Below, piece by piece: positions 36,515 to 48,477 of a stretch of 64,000 bases of DNA (position 1 is its first letter; each line of letters starts with the position of its first letter). Made by a program: the position numbers and the translations under genes. Origin of the DNA: Glycera tridactyla (taxonomy: Eukaryota). Location: the NCBI GenBank assembly GCA_965644265.1, contig OZ286467.1, positions 1,116,001-1,180,000 of the forward strand, given 5' to 3'. Below the pieces are notes generated by a model, which saw only the letters and a list, made by a program, of their open reading frames with translations, was not told the origin of the DNA and made no database searches.

Positions 36515-36959
36515 TATTACTAGATATCTCCTCTCCAAATCAGTTCTATCTCTCTGAGCTCTTTTTTAAGTTTTTCAGTGAAATGGTCTCAGGTATGGGT
36601 GGCTGACTGTCTTCCTGCAGCAGATATTTTCACCATGCAAAAAGTGCATGCCAGGCCCACCAGTTGTGTGTTACTAGGGCTGCGACTAGGTTCACTATGA
36701 AGTATGATGACATTGTACTGGGAGTATAGGGCACCTATAATTGTAAAGCTGGTTTGAAGTAGACAGTCCGTAATTGATCACATTGGTTGGGTATTCTACA
36801 AACGTACCAAATTCTCCCTAATTAGCGCCTAATTGCTTACTGAGGGAGAATACGGTATTGCTATTCCTTGTACTGCATTTTGCTCATACTGAAGCATGAT
36901 TTTCATGCTCGAGTGTCATCTTCCATCCTTGTTACATAGTAAGGTTTTCCATGTTAATA

Positions 36960-37130
36960 TTGGATAGTTAGGGGTGTGTCTGAACAGTCAGCCACTTCTA
37001 ATTGACAGTTTTTCAGGTTCCCCATCATCTTGTGTTCAGGGTTTGTGTAAGTGATGCCTGCAGGGGACAGAACATCTAACTTTCTTTGACCAGGAATACA
37101 CATCATACATAATCCTCTGATACCACCTCT
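36960..37130 (+). repeat. Co-oriented ~200-bp dispersed repeat, possibly a SINE 3' body; other copies at ~16985, 25225, 31455, 39315, 41740, 43085, 43770, 59950
   Basis: Shared core gaggtgtgtctgaactgtcagcc...ccccatcatcttgtgttcagggtttgtgagtgatgtctgcaggggacagaacat...acatgctgttaaac(caat)n; no tRNA-like head seen. Confidence 0.6.
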
Positions 37131-37470
37131 GAGTACCACCTGCCTAATAAAGCCACTTTTTGATGCGACCGAAGACAGCCTTTATAGACAGGTTTGACAG
37201 TAACTTGATCATGATTCCCAACAGAGCAGTACCAGATGGGCCCTGTACACATATGGACAGGCTATGACATGTACCAATGATGTTCAGCTAAGCACTTTCA
37301 TCTGTTCGATATTGTGAAAATAAAATAAGAGATTGTTGCAAACGCGTTGCTTGAACAGCAGGTGAATGATGTTGAACAAAATTGCCGGTCAACCCCTTGT
37401 ACAGCCACAACACATGATCACCTCATGCACTAGATTCTGTGCTTCATGTCCTATTTTTCCATTATTGCAG

Positions 37471-38112
37471 ACTTCGTCACTGGCAAAGAAATCTACATTC
37501 AGCATTGAATCCGACCGTTCTTCAGCAGACCCATCAGCGATGCAGACAGACCCTTTACCCGTCAAATTGTTTGTACGCAATAGGTTGAGGAGTTCATCTG
37601 CTGTGGACGTCAAGTTCTACAGCCCAGATGGCGTTGACAGTGATGAGAAACTGCCCAGGAGGTCGACTCCTTCCGGAAGATATTATCAACGAAAGTTGAA
37701 GAAAATGACACCTCTACAGATCCAGCAATTCCGTGAAACTGAAAGAGAGCGAACGAGAGCAATTTATCACAAACAGAAAGATGAAATGACTGACGAGCAA
37801 ATAGAGCGCCGCAGAGCTGCAGGAAGACTGAGAGCTCAGCATTTTCGTGACCGGAAAAGAGAAAAGGCTGCTCAGCAACCGAAATGTCCCATTAATAAGG
37901 CACAGAAAGAGAGAGAAGCTAGGCAAAAACGGCAGCATGAGTCAAAAATTAGAAAGGGAATGACACAAGCCGAGAGAGAAGAGAAAGAAGCCAGGCAAAA
38001 TCAGCAGCGTGAGTATTGGAGAATTAAAAAGCAGGAGTCAAGAAATAAAAAGCGAATGAAAAAGCAATTGAAAATCAAGATTGAACCGGAAACTGACCAT
38101 GGTGGCCACTAA
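37471..38112 (+). CDS. Variable terminal exon V13: non-zinc-finger, basic helical/coiled-coil repeat domain
   Basis: Acceptor tttttccattattgcag ends at 37470, phase 0. Has ~27-aa R/K/E-rich repeats starting MTPLQIQQFRE..., MTDEQIERRR..., MTQAEREEKE...; conserved with V14. Confidence 0.75.
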   Translation, partial: TSSLAKKSTFSIESDRSSADPSAMQTDPLPVKLFVRNRLRSSSAVDVKFYSPDGVDSDEKLPRRSTPSGRYYQRKLKKMTPLQIQQFRETERERTRAIYHKQKDEMTDEQIERRRAAGRLRAQHFRDRKREKAAQQPKCPINKAQKEREARQKRQHESKIRKGMTQAEREEKEARQNQQREYWRIKKQESRNKKRMKKQLKIKIEPETDHGGH

Positions 38113-39460
38113 AATCAAGGATGGTGTTCGTAGTCCTGAGCCGGTGACGATAGCGGAGATGGTAATTTGTGTGCCCTGCCTTCATGGATATACATGTATA
38201 GACATAAGAAACGACAAAGTGATAGATTTAGAACATGTGAATATTAATGATATTATGTACAATGCCTGGTGCTTGTGAAAAAATCAATTGCCAGTTTTTT
38301 TTTCAAAATGGTCTGCTTGGTTTAAAAGCAAGAATCTATCTTCATGAAAAAGCCTCATCTACCCGGTAGTTGCTCATAACAGTCAATTATTTTTTTATGA
38401 AAACAGCAGATAATTCCACTAGCTTGTGACAGTTTCGCTGACAGGGGCAGCCATCTTTATGCGGACTGCTGCGCCATCTGGTGGAACTTGACACAGCGAC
38501 GTTGGTGTTGACTGTAAAGGCTACCTCCTCCACCGTTGTGGTCAAGAAAGGATGGTGGCTCATGTACATCCGATGTCATCTGAGCCCTGGTCCCTGTTCA
38601 TGGTGTTGTATGCTTTGATGGCTAGGCTCTCTCTCGCCCATCTTTTGGAGTGATCATCTTCTCTGATCACCATTGGGGGGGGGGGGGGGGGGGGGGTTAG
38701 AGACAACACGAACATCGCTGCTTCATATTCCGCCAGATGGCACAGCAGTCCTCATGACTCCGTCATCGAAACCATCAAAAGTAAGTTGGAATTTTCGGCT
38801 GTGTTTATAAACTTGCTGTTTGATGAGTCAGCTGTTTCTCCCACAACCTTAATTCGGTTCAGTTGTGTGCTTCCCGCTACTGGTTTGCGCCACGCCTGCC
38901 GCCATCGAATCGCTTCGTACGGTCACAATCGGTTGGTGCTGCACATGCGAGATCAGTCTGGTCCCGTTCCAATCACTAGATGTCGAAATGATCGGCGCGC
39001 CACACTCCTTCACCTGGCGGTTGGGGTCACTTTCAAAACTATTGGACTGTCAACAAGCAAACTGGCAGCGGCATGATTATTCAGATTAAATCGATTGTTG
39101 ACTTTGGCTAGTAAGCGCTTGGTTTGATGATGTGAACAGCCGACCATTGAGTATATTTCATCATCAGCCCACCACTACTACTACCAATCTAATGCTTTTC
39201 CTTGCTTCAAGTACCATGCTTTGCTGGTAATGATGTATTGTTATAAAGTTTGAGTGTCAAATACCATCCAGTCACATCATAAGATATAGAATTTTAAGGT
39301 TCTCCACATTCATGCTGGATAGTCAGAGGTGTGTCTGAACTGTCAGCCACTTTCAGGTTCCTCATCATCTTGTTTCCAGGGAGTGATGCCTCCAGGTGAC
39401 AGAACAACCAGCCTTCTTTGACCAGGAACACATGGCATACATAATACTCTGATTATATAC

Positions 39461-39710
39461 ATGCTGTTAAACATCAATCAATCTGGGTTGTTACATGCTG
39501 TTAAACATCAACCAATCAATCAATCTGGGTTGTTACATGCTGTTAAACATCAACCAATCAATCAATCTGGGTTGTTACATGCTGTTAAACATATAAATCA
39601 GCCGGGTTGTTACATGCTGTTAAACATCAACCAATCAATCAATCTGGGTTGTTACGGGCCGTTAAACATCAACCAATCAATCAATCAATCAGGGTTGTTA
39701 CATGCTGTTG
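39461..39710. repeat. ~42-bp tandem expansion of the dispersed-repeat tail
   Basis: gggttgttacatgctgttaaacatcaaccaatcaatcaatct repeated ~6 times. Confidence 0.85.
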
Positions 39711-39797
39711 ACTCCGAGCCAAACTAATCACACCGAATCGTGTTCTGTGTATATGCATGTATTATTCCAACTCTTCACCATCTAGCTCAAATTAAAG

Positions 39798-40059
39798 TAC
39801 AGTTGAACCCGCTCTAAAGACCACCACTCTATAATGACCACCTCTCTCTGAAGGCAACCCTAAGCTGTGACCATGGTAGTACAGTCGAACCTGCTCTAAA
39901 GACCACTCCTCTATAATGACCACCTCTCTCTGAAGGCAACCCTAAGCCGTGACCGTGGTAGTATTTTCAACAGTAAATGTCCTGTATAAAGACCACCTGC
40001 CTATTAAAGCCACTTTTTGATGCGATTGAAGACGGTCTTTATAGACAGGTTCGACTGTA
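39798..40059. mobile_element. MITE family 1 copy with duplicated 5' half
   Basis: Two 5' ends (39798 and ~39880), one ggttcgactgta end. Confidence 0.7.
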
Positions 40060-40330
40060 ACCTCATCATGATTCCCAACAGATCTGTATCAGATGGGCCC
40101 TGCACAAAAATGGACAGGTCATGACAAGTCCGAATGACGTACAGCCCACCACTTTCATTTGTTTGGTATTGCGAAGATAATATCAGTGATTGTTGCGAAT
40201 GCGTTGGATAGGCTGCAGGCGCTGCAGATTATTGAACAAAATTGTCAGTCAACCCCTTGTACAGCCGCAGCATGCAACCACCTCATGCACTGGATTCTCA
40301 ACTTCTTGTCTGATTTTTCCGTTATTGCAG

Positions 40331-40786
40331 ACTGCGTTCAGCAATATATTCGATGGTTCGTCAGCGGACCCAAAGGTGATTCAGACAGATGCTTTACCGG
40401 TCAAACTGTATGTACACAGGAGGTTGAGGAGTTCATCTGCTGTGGACGTCAAGTTCTTCAGCCCAGATGGCGATGACAGTGATGAGAAACCGCCTAGGAG
40501 GTTGAGTCCTTCCGGAAGTTATTACCAACGAAAGTTGAAGAAAATGACACCTCTACAGATCCAGCAGTTCCGCGAAGCTGAGACTAAGCGAGTGAAAGCA
40601 TGTCGTGAAAAACAGAAAGACACATTGACCGAGGCGCAAATAGAGCGCCGCAGAGCTGCGGCAAGACTGCGTAGTAGGCTTTATAATAAGCGGAAAAAGG
40701 AAAAAGCTGCTCAGCAACCAAATTGTCTCACTAATGAGACACAGGAAGAGAGAGAAGCCAGGCAAAACCGGCAGCGTGAGTATTGA
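40331..40786 (+). CDS. Variable terminal exon V14: paralogue of V13 with a premature stop
   Basis: Acceptor tttttccgttattgcag ends at 40330, phase 0. Aligns to V13; V13 TGG (EYWRIKK) is TGA here (40784-40786), and the downstream sequence still reads RIKKQESRKKKQMKKQLKIKIEPETDHGGH. Confidence 0.7.
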   Translation, partial: TAFSNIFDGSSADPKVIQTDALPVKLYVHRRLRSSSAVDVKFFSPDGDDSDEKPPRRLSPSGSYYQRKLKKMTPLQIQQFREAETKRVKACREKQKDTLTEAQIERRRAAARLRSRLYNKRKKEKAAQQPNCLTNETQEEREARQNRQREY

Positions 40787-41114
40787 AGAATTAAAAAGCA
40801 GGAGTCAAGAAAGAAAAAGCAAATGAAAAAGCAATTGAAAATCAAGATTGAACCGGAAACTGACCATGGTGGCCACTAAAACCAAGGATGGTGTTCGTAG
40901 TCCTGAGCTGGTGACGATAGCGGAGATGGTAATTTCTGTGCCCTGCCTTCATGAATATACATGTATAGAAGTGAAGATCACCACAGAGGTAGATTTAGAA
41001 CATGTGTATACAAATGATATTGTGTATGATGTCCGACGCTTGTGAAATATCACTTGTCAATTATTTTCAATATTGTCTGCATGGTATAAAAGCAAGAATC
41101 TATATTCATGAAAA

Positions 41115-41295
41115 TACAGTCGAACCTGCTCTAAAGACCACCTCTCTATAAAGACCACCTCTCTATAAAGACCACCTGAGCTGTGACCGTGGTAGTATTT
41201 TCAACAGTAAATGACCTCTCTATAAAGACCACCTGCCCATAAAGACCGCTTTTTGACGCGACCGAAGGCGGTCTTTATAGACAGGTTCCACTGTA
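41115..41295. mobile_element. MITE family 1 copy
   Basis: TIRs present; the paralogous site after V13 (~38350) lacks it. Confidence 0.78.
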
Positions 41296-41518
41296 ACTCA
41301 TCTGGCTGCTGGTAGCTCATAACAGTTATCTTTTGTGTAAAACAGCAGAAAATTCCACTCATTTTCGAAAGTTTCGATGAGAGGGTCAGCCATCTTCATT
41401 AAGACTGCTGCGCCATCTGGTGGAACGTGACTCAGCGATGTTAGTGTTGTCTCTATGTTCCCCTCCTCCACCGTGTTGGTCAGGCTTGGGTGTTAGCTTC
41501 CAGCCAGCTATATATATG

Positions 41519-41700
41519 TACAGTCGAACCTGTCTATAAAGACCGCCTTCGGTCGCATCAAAGAGTGGTCTTTATAGGCAGGTGGTCTTTATAGAGAGGT
41601 CATTTACTGTAGAAAATACTACCACGATCGCAGCTCAGGGTGATCTTTATAGAGAGGTGGTCTCTATAGAGAGGTGGTCTTTAGAGCAGGTTCGACTGTA
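41519..41700. mobile_element. MITE family 1 copy
   Basis: tacagtcgaacc ... ggttcgactgta. Confidence 0.8.
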
Positions 41701-42341
41701 GTTAGATATGCCATCATAGGTTTATTATGTATATGTTCAGATTAGGTAGAGGTGTGTTTGAACTGTCAGCCACTTCCTCTTGACAACCTTTCAGGTTCCC
41801 CATCATCTTGTGTTCGGGGTTTGTGAGTGATGTCTGCAGGGGAGAGAACATCTAGCTTTCATTAACAAGGAGCACACGGCATGAATAATCCTGTGGGTTG
41901 ATACATGCCGTTAAACGTCAAACATACAAAACCACCGTGTTGGTGGCTGATAGGATTGTGGTGCATGTACATCCGATGTCATCTGAGCCCTGGTCCCTGT
42001 TCATGGTGTTGTATGCTTTGATGGCAAGGCTCTCTCTCTCACCCATCTTTTGGAGTGATCATCTTCTCTGATCACCATTGTGGGGGGGGGGGGGGGGGGG
42101 TTAGAGACGACACAAACATCGCTGTGTCATGTTCCACCAGATGGCACAGCAGTCCTGATGAAGATAACCAACGCTGTTATTGAAGCGGTCAAAAGTAAGT
42201 TGGAATTTTCGGCTGTGTTCAGAAAAAATTGACTCAAGGATCTGTGTTTTTAAAGTTGTCAGAATTAGCTGTTTGATGAGTCGGCTGTTTTTCCCACAAA
42301 CTAAATGGGGTTCAATTGAGGTACAGTTATTTAGGACAAAA

Positions 42342-42526
42342 TACAGTGAAACCTGTCTTAAGTGAAAAGTCACGGGACCAAATATTTCTTCCACTTAAGA
42401 CAGGATTTTGCTTAGCGCAGGACAATTATAGTGAGAAATTAAAAAACATCCGGGCAGACTGTGGGGTATGTGCTTAAGACAGGATTTTGCCTAGCGCAGG
42501 TTTACACTCAAGCAGGTTTTACTGTA
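42342..42526. mobile_element. MITE family 3 copy
   Basis: tacagtgaaacctgtcttaagtgaaaagtcacgggacc ... agcaggttttactgta. Confidence 0.78.
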
Positions 42527-42927
42527 CCTGTAAATGTGTACAGGGAAGGTGGGAAATCTTATCATAATATGGCGGAAGGCATATAGTGTTTACCCTGGCC
42601 GATTGATCCCCAAATTCATGGATTTTCTTGCTCGGGAATATGTATGGGCCTTTCGGGCACATTGATGCAGATTTCATGTGCCATTTCGGATTTGTGTGTG
42701 CCTCAAACCATGTAATCATATCAAAGTATGGAAAATTCTATGTGCCTTCTGGGCACAAGATATATGGTTTAATGTGCCCTTTCACAAGTTTATGTGCCAT
42801 TTGCCACAGGGCACAGCCCAAAATTATCCCTGCAAATTGCATGCAAAAGTAAATTCGAATCGCCAAGTTAGTGCAAGTTTTGCAAGGATTGGAACAAGAT
42901 GAATCTGGCCCTCTAACTGATCCGTCT

Positions 42928-43057
42928 GAATGTGAGTCAGAGAGGGACGAATGTGAGTCCGAGAGGGCCGAATGTGAGTCCGAGAGGGATGAGTGTGAGT
43001 CCGAGAGGGATGAGTGTGAGTCCGAGAGGGCCGGATGTGAGTCCGAGAGGGCCGCAT
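42928..43057. repeat. 21-bp minisatellite, ~6 copies
   Basis: Unit ga(a/g)tgtgagtccgagaggg(cc/at). Confidence 0.9.
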
Positions 43058-43249
43058 GATTTGGTGAAAGCTTCTGGACTGGCTTCCAAACTTATCCACT
43101 TGACAACCTCTCAGAAACCCCATCATCTTGTGTTCAGTGTTTGTGAGAGTGATGTCTGCAGGGGAGAGAACATCTAGCGTTCATCAACCAGGAATACAAG
43201 GTATACATCTAACCCTAGGGTTGATACATGCTGTTACACCTCAAACAAA

Positions 43250-43397
43250 TACAGTTGAACCTGCTCTAAAGACCACCTCTCTATAAAGACCACCCTGAGC
43301 TAAGACCGCAGTAGTACTTTCAACAGTAAATGACCTCTCTATAAAGACCACTTTTTGATGCGACCGAGGGCGGTCTTTATAGACAGGTTTGACTGTA
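43250..43397. mobile_element. MITE family 1 copy
   Basis: tacagttgaacc ... ggtttgactgta. Confidence 0.75.
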
Positions 43398-44053
43398 CAG
43401 ACAATAATAGAAGATTTGTGATAGTAATTATGTACATGAATATTGCGAATATTCGATGAAGTGAATAACTTTTGGGGGAAAGGGGAGAATAACTCATCTT
43501 ACGGGTGGGGCGAACTGTAGGAGGGATGTTAGATGCTCTCAGATCTCAGAGCTCTTAGATGCGATCAATGTTGAAATTGCAATACTGACGATATTTGTGG
43601 TGGTTGGGGTGACTTAAAGGGGTGAGTTCACTCCGTGTGAAAATTCTTAGGGCTTGGAATAATGCGTGATGTAGATTGATTTTAATCAGATTTTGTTGTT
43701 ATTACCTGTTCGTCTTCATTTTACTGAAGTTGACGATTATGTTATTAGATGTGGGAAATCAGAAAATCTTGTTCCCATCATCTTGTGTTCAGGGTTTGTG
43801 AGAGTGATGTCTGCAGGGGAGAGAATTTCTAGTTTCTATCAACCAGGAATATATGTCATACATAATTCTCTGGATCTAAAAAAAACCTCTGATATTATCA
43901 AATGCTCCATAGCTGACAGTGTCCCTGGATGTGTTTGTGTTCATAGAAATCAGTTGAAATCCTGTTAGTTTTTTGTTTTTTTGAATAATTATTGCTCATG
44001 TATAGTGGAAGCTTAGCCAGACAGCCCTCTAGATGTTGTTCCATTTGAAATAT

Positions 44054-44218
44054 TACATTCAAACCTGCTCGAGAGACCACCTCTCTATAAAGGCCACCCT
44101 GAGCAGTGACCATGATAGTGATTTCAACAGTAAATGACCTCTCTGTAAAGCCCACCTGCCTATAAAGACCGCTTTTTATGCGCCGGGAGGTGGCGTTTAT
44201 AGACAAGATTTGGCTGTA
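44054..44218. mobile_element. MITE family 1 copy (diverged)
   Basis: tacattcaaacc ... atttggctgta with internal gaccacc repeats. Confidence 0.6.
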
Positions 44219-45108
44219 GTTTAGTGATACTGTTTGAAGCATGAAAAATAATGTATGGGGAAAAATACAGGAATACCAACCATCTATTGGTTGAAGCTGG
44301 AATTTTTAAGTCAACTAACTCTATTTTTGAGTCAACTATTTTCTGTCATTTCAGGAAAAGAAGTCCTAACATATTGCAGTTCATGAGCTTCCAGTTCTGT
44401 GCCCTCTTCTGGTAATGAGAAACAATTGATATTTCACTTTCTTCTTGAGGAAAATTATTTGAGAGTATTCGTTGAAATTACCTGCCAAAGTCTGAGACGG
44501 TGAATAAAAGATGGCAACCACAGCGGTTGTTCCACTTTTTGCACTCTTTAGAACTTCTGCTGGGCATGAGTGAATGTGTCTAGCTTTGTAGCTCCAAAAA
44601 CATACATCAAACATATAATTCAGATGTTGGAATTTATAGATCAGGAATGTGATTGTTCCGAAAATTCGCGGATTTGTGTTTTTGAAGTTGGAATTTTCTG
44701 CCGTTTTTAACATTTTATGCTGATCATTTTCTTTTAGATTATATAAATTGCCCCCTTTGATCGCCAGGATCATATACTCAGGGACTTTTCTCCAAAAACA
44801 TACATCAAACATGTAATTTGATGTGGAATTTTATAGATTAGGGATTTGATTATTCTGAAGATTCGTGTTTTTGATCATCCGACAATAAGTAGCACAGCCA
44901 ATTGATTGCGGTAGGGAAGGATTTGAGTCACCAATTCTGCCAGAATTCGTAGAGATAGAGCACTGAGTTTGTAGGGAGTTGAAGTAGGTGTTAGTTTTTT
45001 TTTAGACACTTTCTTGGTTCACAAAATCTTGGTGAAAAGTGCCCCCAGTTGAGTTTTTGGTTGTTAGCCAATCACATCCCTTGTAGGATAAGATCATGCG
45101 TCGTTGTA

Positions 45109-45585
45109 TTTAGTTCAGCATGCCATCAATATGATTAGTTCAGCATGCCATCAATATGATTAGTTCAGCATGCCATCAATATGATTAGTTCAGCATGCCA
45201 TCAATATGATTAGTTCAGCATGCTATCAATATGATGAGTTCAGCGTGCCATCAATATGATGAGTTCAGCATGTCATCAATATGATTAGTTCAACATGTCA
45301 TCAATATGATTAGTTCAGCATGTCATCAATATGATCAGTTCACCATGCCATCAATATGATTAGTTCAGCGTGTCATCAATATGATTAGTTCAGCATGCCA
45401 TCAATATGATTAGTTCAGCATGTCATCTATATGATTAGTTCAGCATGCCATCAATATGATTAGTTCAGCATGTCATCAATATGATTAGTTCAGCATGTCA
45501 TCAATATGATTAGTTCAGCATGTCATCAATATGATTAGTTCAGCATGCCATCAATATGATTAGTTCAGCATGCCATCAATATGAT
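45109..45585. repeat. 25-bp minisatellite, ~19 copies, followed by a degenerate T-rich derivative to ~45735
   Basis: Unit ttagttcagcatgccatcaatatga. Confidence 0.93.
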
Positions 45586-48165
45586 CATCTTTTATTTTCT
45601 TATTCAATATGATCATCTGTTTTTTTCTCTTCTTAATCAATATGATCATCTGTTTTTTTCTTAATCAATATGATCATCTTTATTTTTTCTTAATCAATAT
45701 GATCAACTTTTTTTTTCTCAATCAATATGTATATGGTCATCTGTTTTATGCGTGCTACTGCATTTGTGAATAAAGTTTTAGGCTTGAGTATAACCCTACC
45801 AAATGGTCTTTTCTTTTTTGTGCCATATTCACAACAAGATCTATGATGAGAGGACGTCATCCCATTAGGAAGAGCATACTTTCACAGGGTAGCTTTTTCT
45901 CTTAACAGTCAAATATACAGTTGAACCTCTCTATGAAGGCGACTCTGAGCTGTGACCATGATAGTATTTTATACATTGAATGACCTCTCTACAATGACCA
46001 CCTGCTTGCACAGGTTATAGCTAGACTATATGACCGTGAATTATGGGATAAATCATCAAAAATTAGTTCTCGCTCAGCTGTGAAGTATCACACGCAATGT
46101 TCAACACCTGATACTCCACCGAAAATGGCACATCCATGTGATAATTTTCTTGTTTGAGTGTGCCTCCAACCAGAGAACAATCTTTCTGAACGATCTTCTG
46201 GTCTCTTATGGCAGATTCCATCATATTTGTTGTACATTCATTGTCAACAGTTAATCAATATAACAAGAACGCATGATTGTCGGATAAAGTCATGATATTC
46301 CATGATGTGAGACTGCAACATCAGAAGGCTGAAGTGGAATATTACAATTTTTATGTGGTAATTATGGGTTCGTGTTAGGAAGCAATAACGAATGATAAGA
46401 CAGTGGTGTGAATTTTCCGAAAATTTTCGGAAATCGGAAAATTGGGGTGAAAAATAATAATTTCAGGAAGTGCTGAAAACTGGATGAGTGTTTCAAAACA
46501 AATAACTTTGATAATATGTGGAGGATAGTTTCAGAAAATGGTTCTATATTTCCGAAAATTTTGCTTCATCTCTGACAAAGAAAATCAATTCCAAACTGAG
46601 GCCCAGACTGGTGTAAATGGCTACTATATTGAGTGTCTGAGTACAATAATGAATTGGAATAGTGAATAGCATGGGAAGCACTGATATGTAAATCAGAAAC
46701 CAAGGTTACGACCTTTGATGACATTAACAAGAATGCTGAAAGAATTGCGACATGGGGGGGTGTGCCCCATCGAATATACAGTCAAACTTGTCCTAAGCGG
46801 GAGGCCAGGGGATGAACCAAAACCTATCGCTTAGGACAAGTTCTCGCTTAGTACAAGTTACCTGAGACTGAATTTCACAACGATGTTTTCACAAATTCTG
46901 ATCGCTCTTGAAATGGCCAGAATACAGTATGGTGTCGATAAATAGTACCAAACGCACGAATAGTCATTCTAATTGCATATTTGATGATCGTTTTCAAGAA
47001 AATCAAGACGATTTCGCCATGAACATGATGAGAACAAGCGGCATGTATGTTGTAACTATCCGAGAGAGTGCCGCCATCTTGGGCCCCGTCAGTACCGGTA
47101 TTGTGGTTGGTTTCATGTCATGTGAGACAATCAAATGTCTGGCTCACTCTACCTGTGTTGGGTGGTTCTTTATCTGGGCTATATCGGGACTGGATGGTGT
47201 GCATGCGATGTAAAACCAACCAACCAACCCTAAAAATCCCTGCATGCTTATGCCCACTATTCGTACTCAGTGATTATGCTAGGAATAAGGTGACTGGGAT
47301 CCTTGGACCTTAGCCCATTGCTTTACTAGGGTCCTGCCTCGAGATTTTGGGGCCCATCTTGAATTCTGAAGCAGTCGGCACAAAAACCTCTTGACGCAGA
47401 AACCTTAACCAAATGCTAGTACCCTGAAACTGAATATGCAAGTGTTGTTCAACTGCGGGGGGGGGGGGGGGGGGGGGGTAGGTACTTCCATGATACCCTG
47501 ACTTTCAAAACGATATACACAGTATTACTGAATGAAACTAGTGTCACCAATTACCATGTATTGTACAGCCATGAATCTGGTAGTTAGGGAAATTGCAGAG
47601 GGCAAATGTCAGGGAGTTGTCAGGGAATTTCATAGGGTGTCAGGGAATATTGATTTCGGGCAAAAATCCAATGAAAATGTTGGTGAAATTTATTTTAATT
47701 TCAAGGCTTTGTCAGTGAATTTCATTTTATGGTGTGATGAAATGATGCTGGTCATTGGACTGAGAGTGACTGTGTGCAAGCCAACTTCTTATCACTCAAG
47801 TAGACGTCCTATTTGTCAATAGAAAAGACGTTATTCTTGGTTCCAAGGCCATCCATAGTAATGTCTTACTTTAGAACGATTGTAGAAACAACATTTCAAC
47901 TCCCCGACTAGTCGTGGGCAGTATTACAATGCGCATGTAACAACACATGATCGAGACTTCTGGTCGAGGAGTCAAAATGTGGAATCATTTTAACAATCGT
48001 TCTAAAGTGGGGATTATAGGTCATTTTCATATCACAGACTTTCCACATTTCAACTATGTTCTGATATTGTTGAAGGGTTGTAAACAATTGAATGTGTGAT
48101 CAGGGTGGCTATAAGAGGTGCTAGAGGGCCGTCCATCTCTATGTTTCAACTGGTTCGGGAAACTA

Positions 48166-48347
48166 TACAGTCGAACCTGCTTTAAAGACCACCTCTCTGT
48201 AGAGACCACCTCTCTATAAAGACCGCCCTGAGCTGCGACCGTGGTAGTATTTGCAACAGTAAATGACCTCTCTATAAGGACCACCTGCCTATAAAGACCA
48301 CTTTTTGATGCGACCGAAGGCGGTCTTTATAGACAGGTTCGATTGTA
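48166..48347. mobile_element. MITE family 1 copy, 130 bp upstream of the V15 acceptor
   Basis: tacagtcgaacc ... ggttcgattgta. Confidence 0.78.
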
Positions 48348-48477
48348 TATCCTGTCAGGGAAAAATCCGGGATTTTCTTCACGGATTATGGGTGAACATC
48401 CTGCCTTCGAGCCACAACAGTCAGTCATTTTCTGTATAGGATTCCAACTCCTAATTGATTTTGCTTTTATTTTTCAG

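Larger units (their letters stand above)
36960..42300 (+). repeat. Local segmental duplication carrying V13 and V14 (~36960-38830 vs ~39310-42300)
   Basis: Collinear upstream repeat, pre-exon intron, exon, 3' flank and G-run; the second copy has extra MITEs. Confidence 0.85.

Noticed and set aside
37051-37120. C/D snoRNA reading of the dispersed repeat (GTGATG...CTGA)
   Set aside because: The C box is non-canonical and the CTGA is missing in most copies.
42853-43059. ECESER-repeat ORF as an 18th variable exon
   Set aside because: It is the translation of a 21-bp minisatellite, has no pyrimidine-tract acceptor in phase 0, and has no domain.
13151-45585. CRISPR-like appearance of the 44-, 64-, 23- and 25-bp arrays
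   Set aside because: Units are head-to-tail with no unique spacers, there are no cas genes, and the context is eukaryotic.
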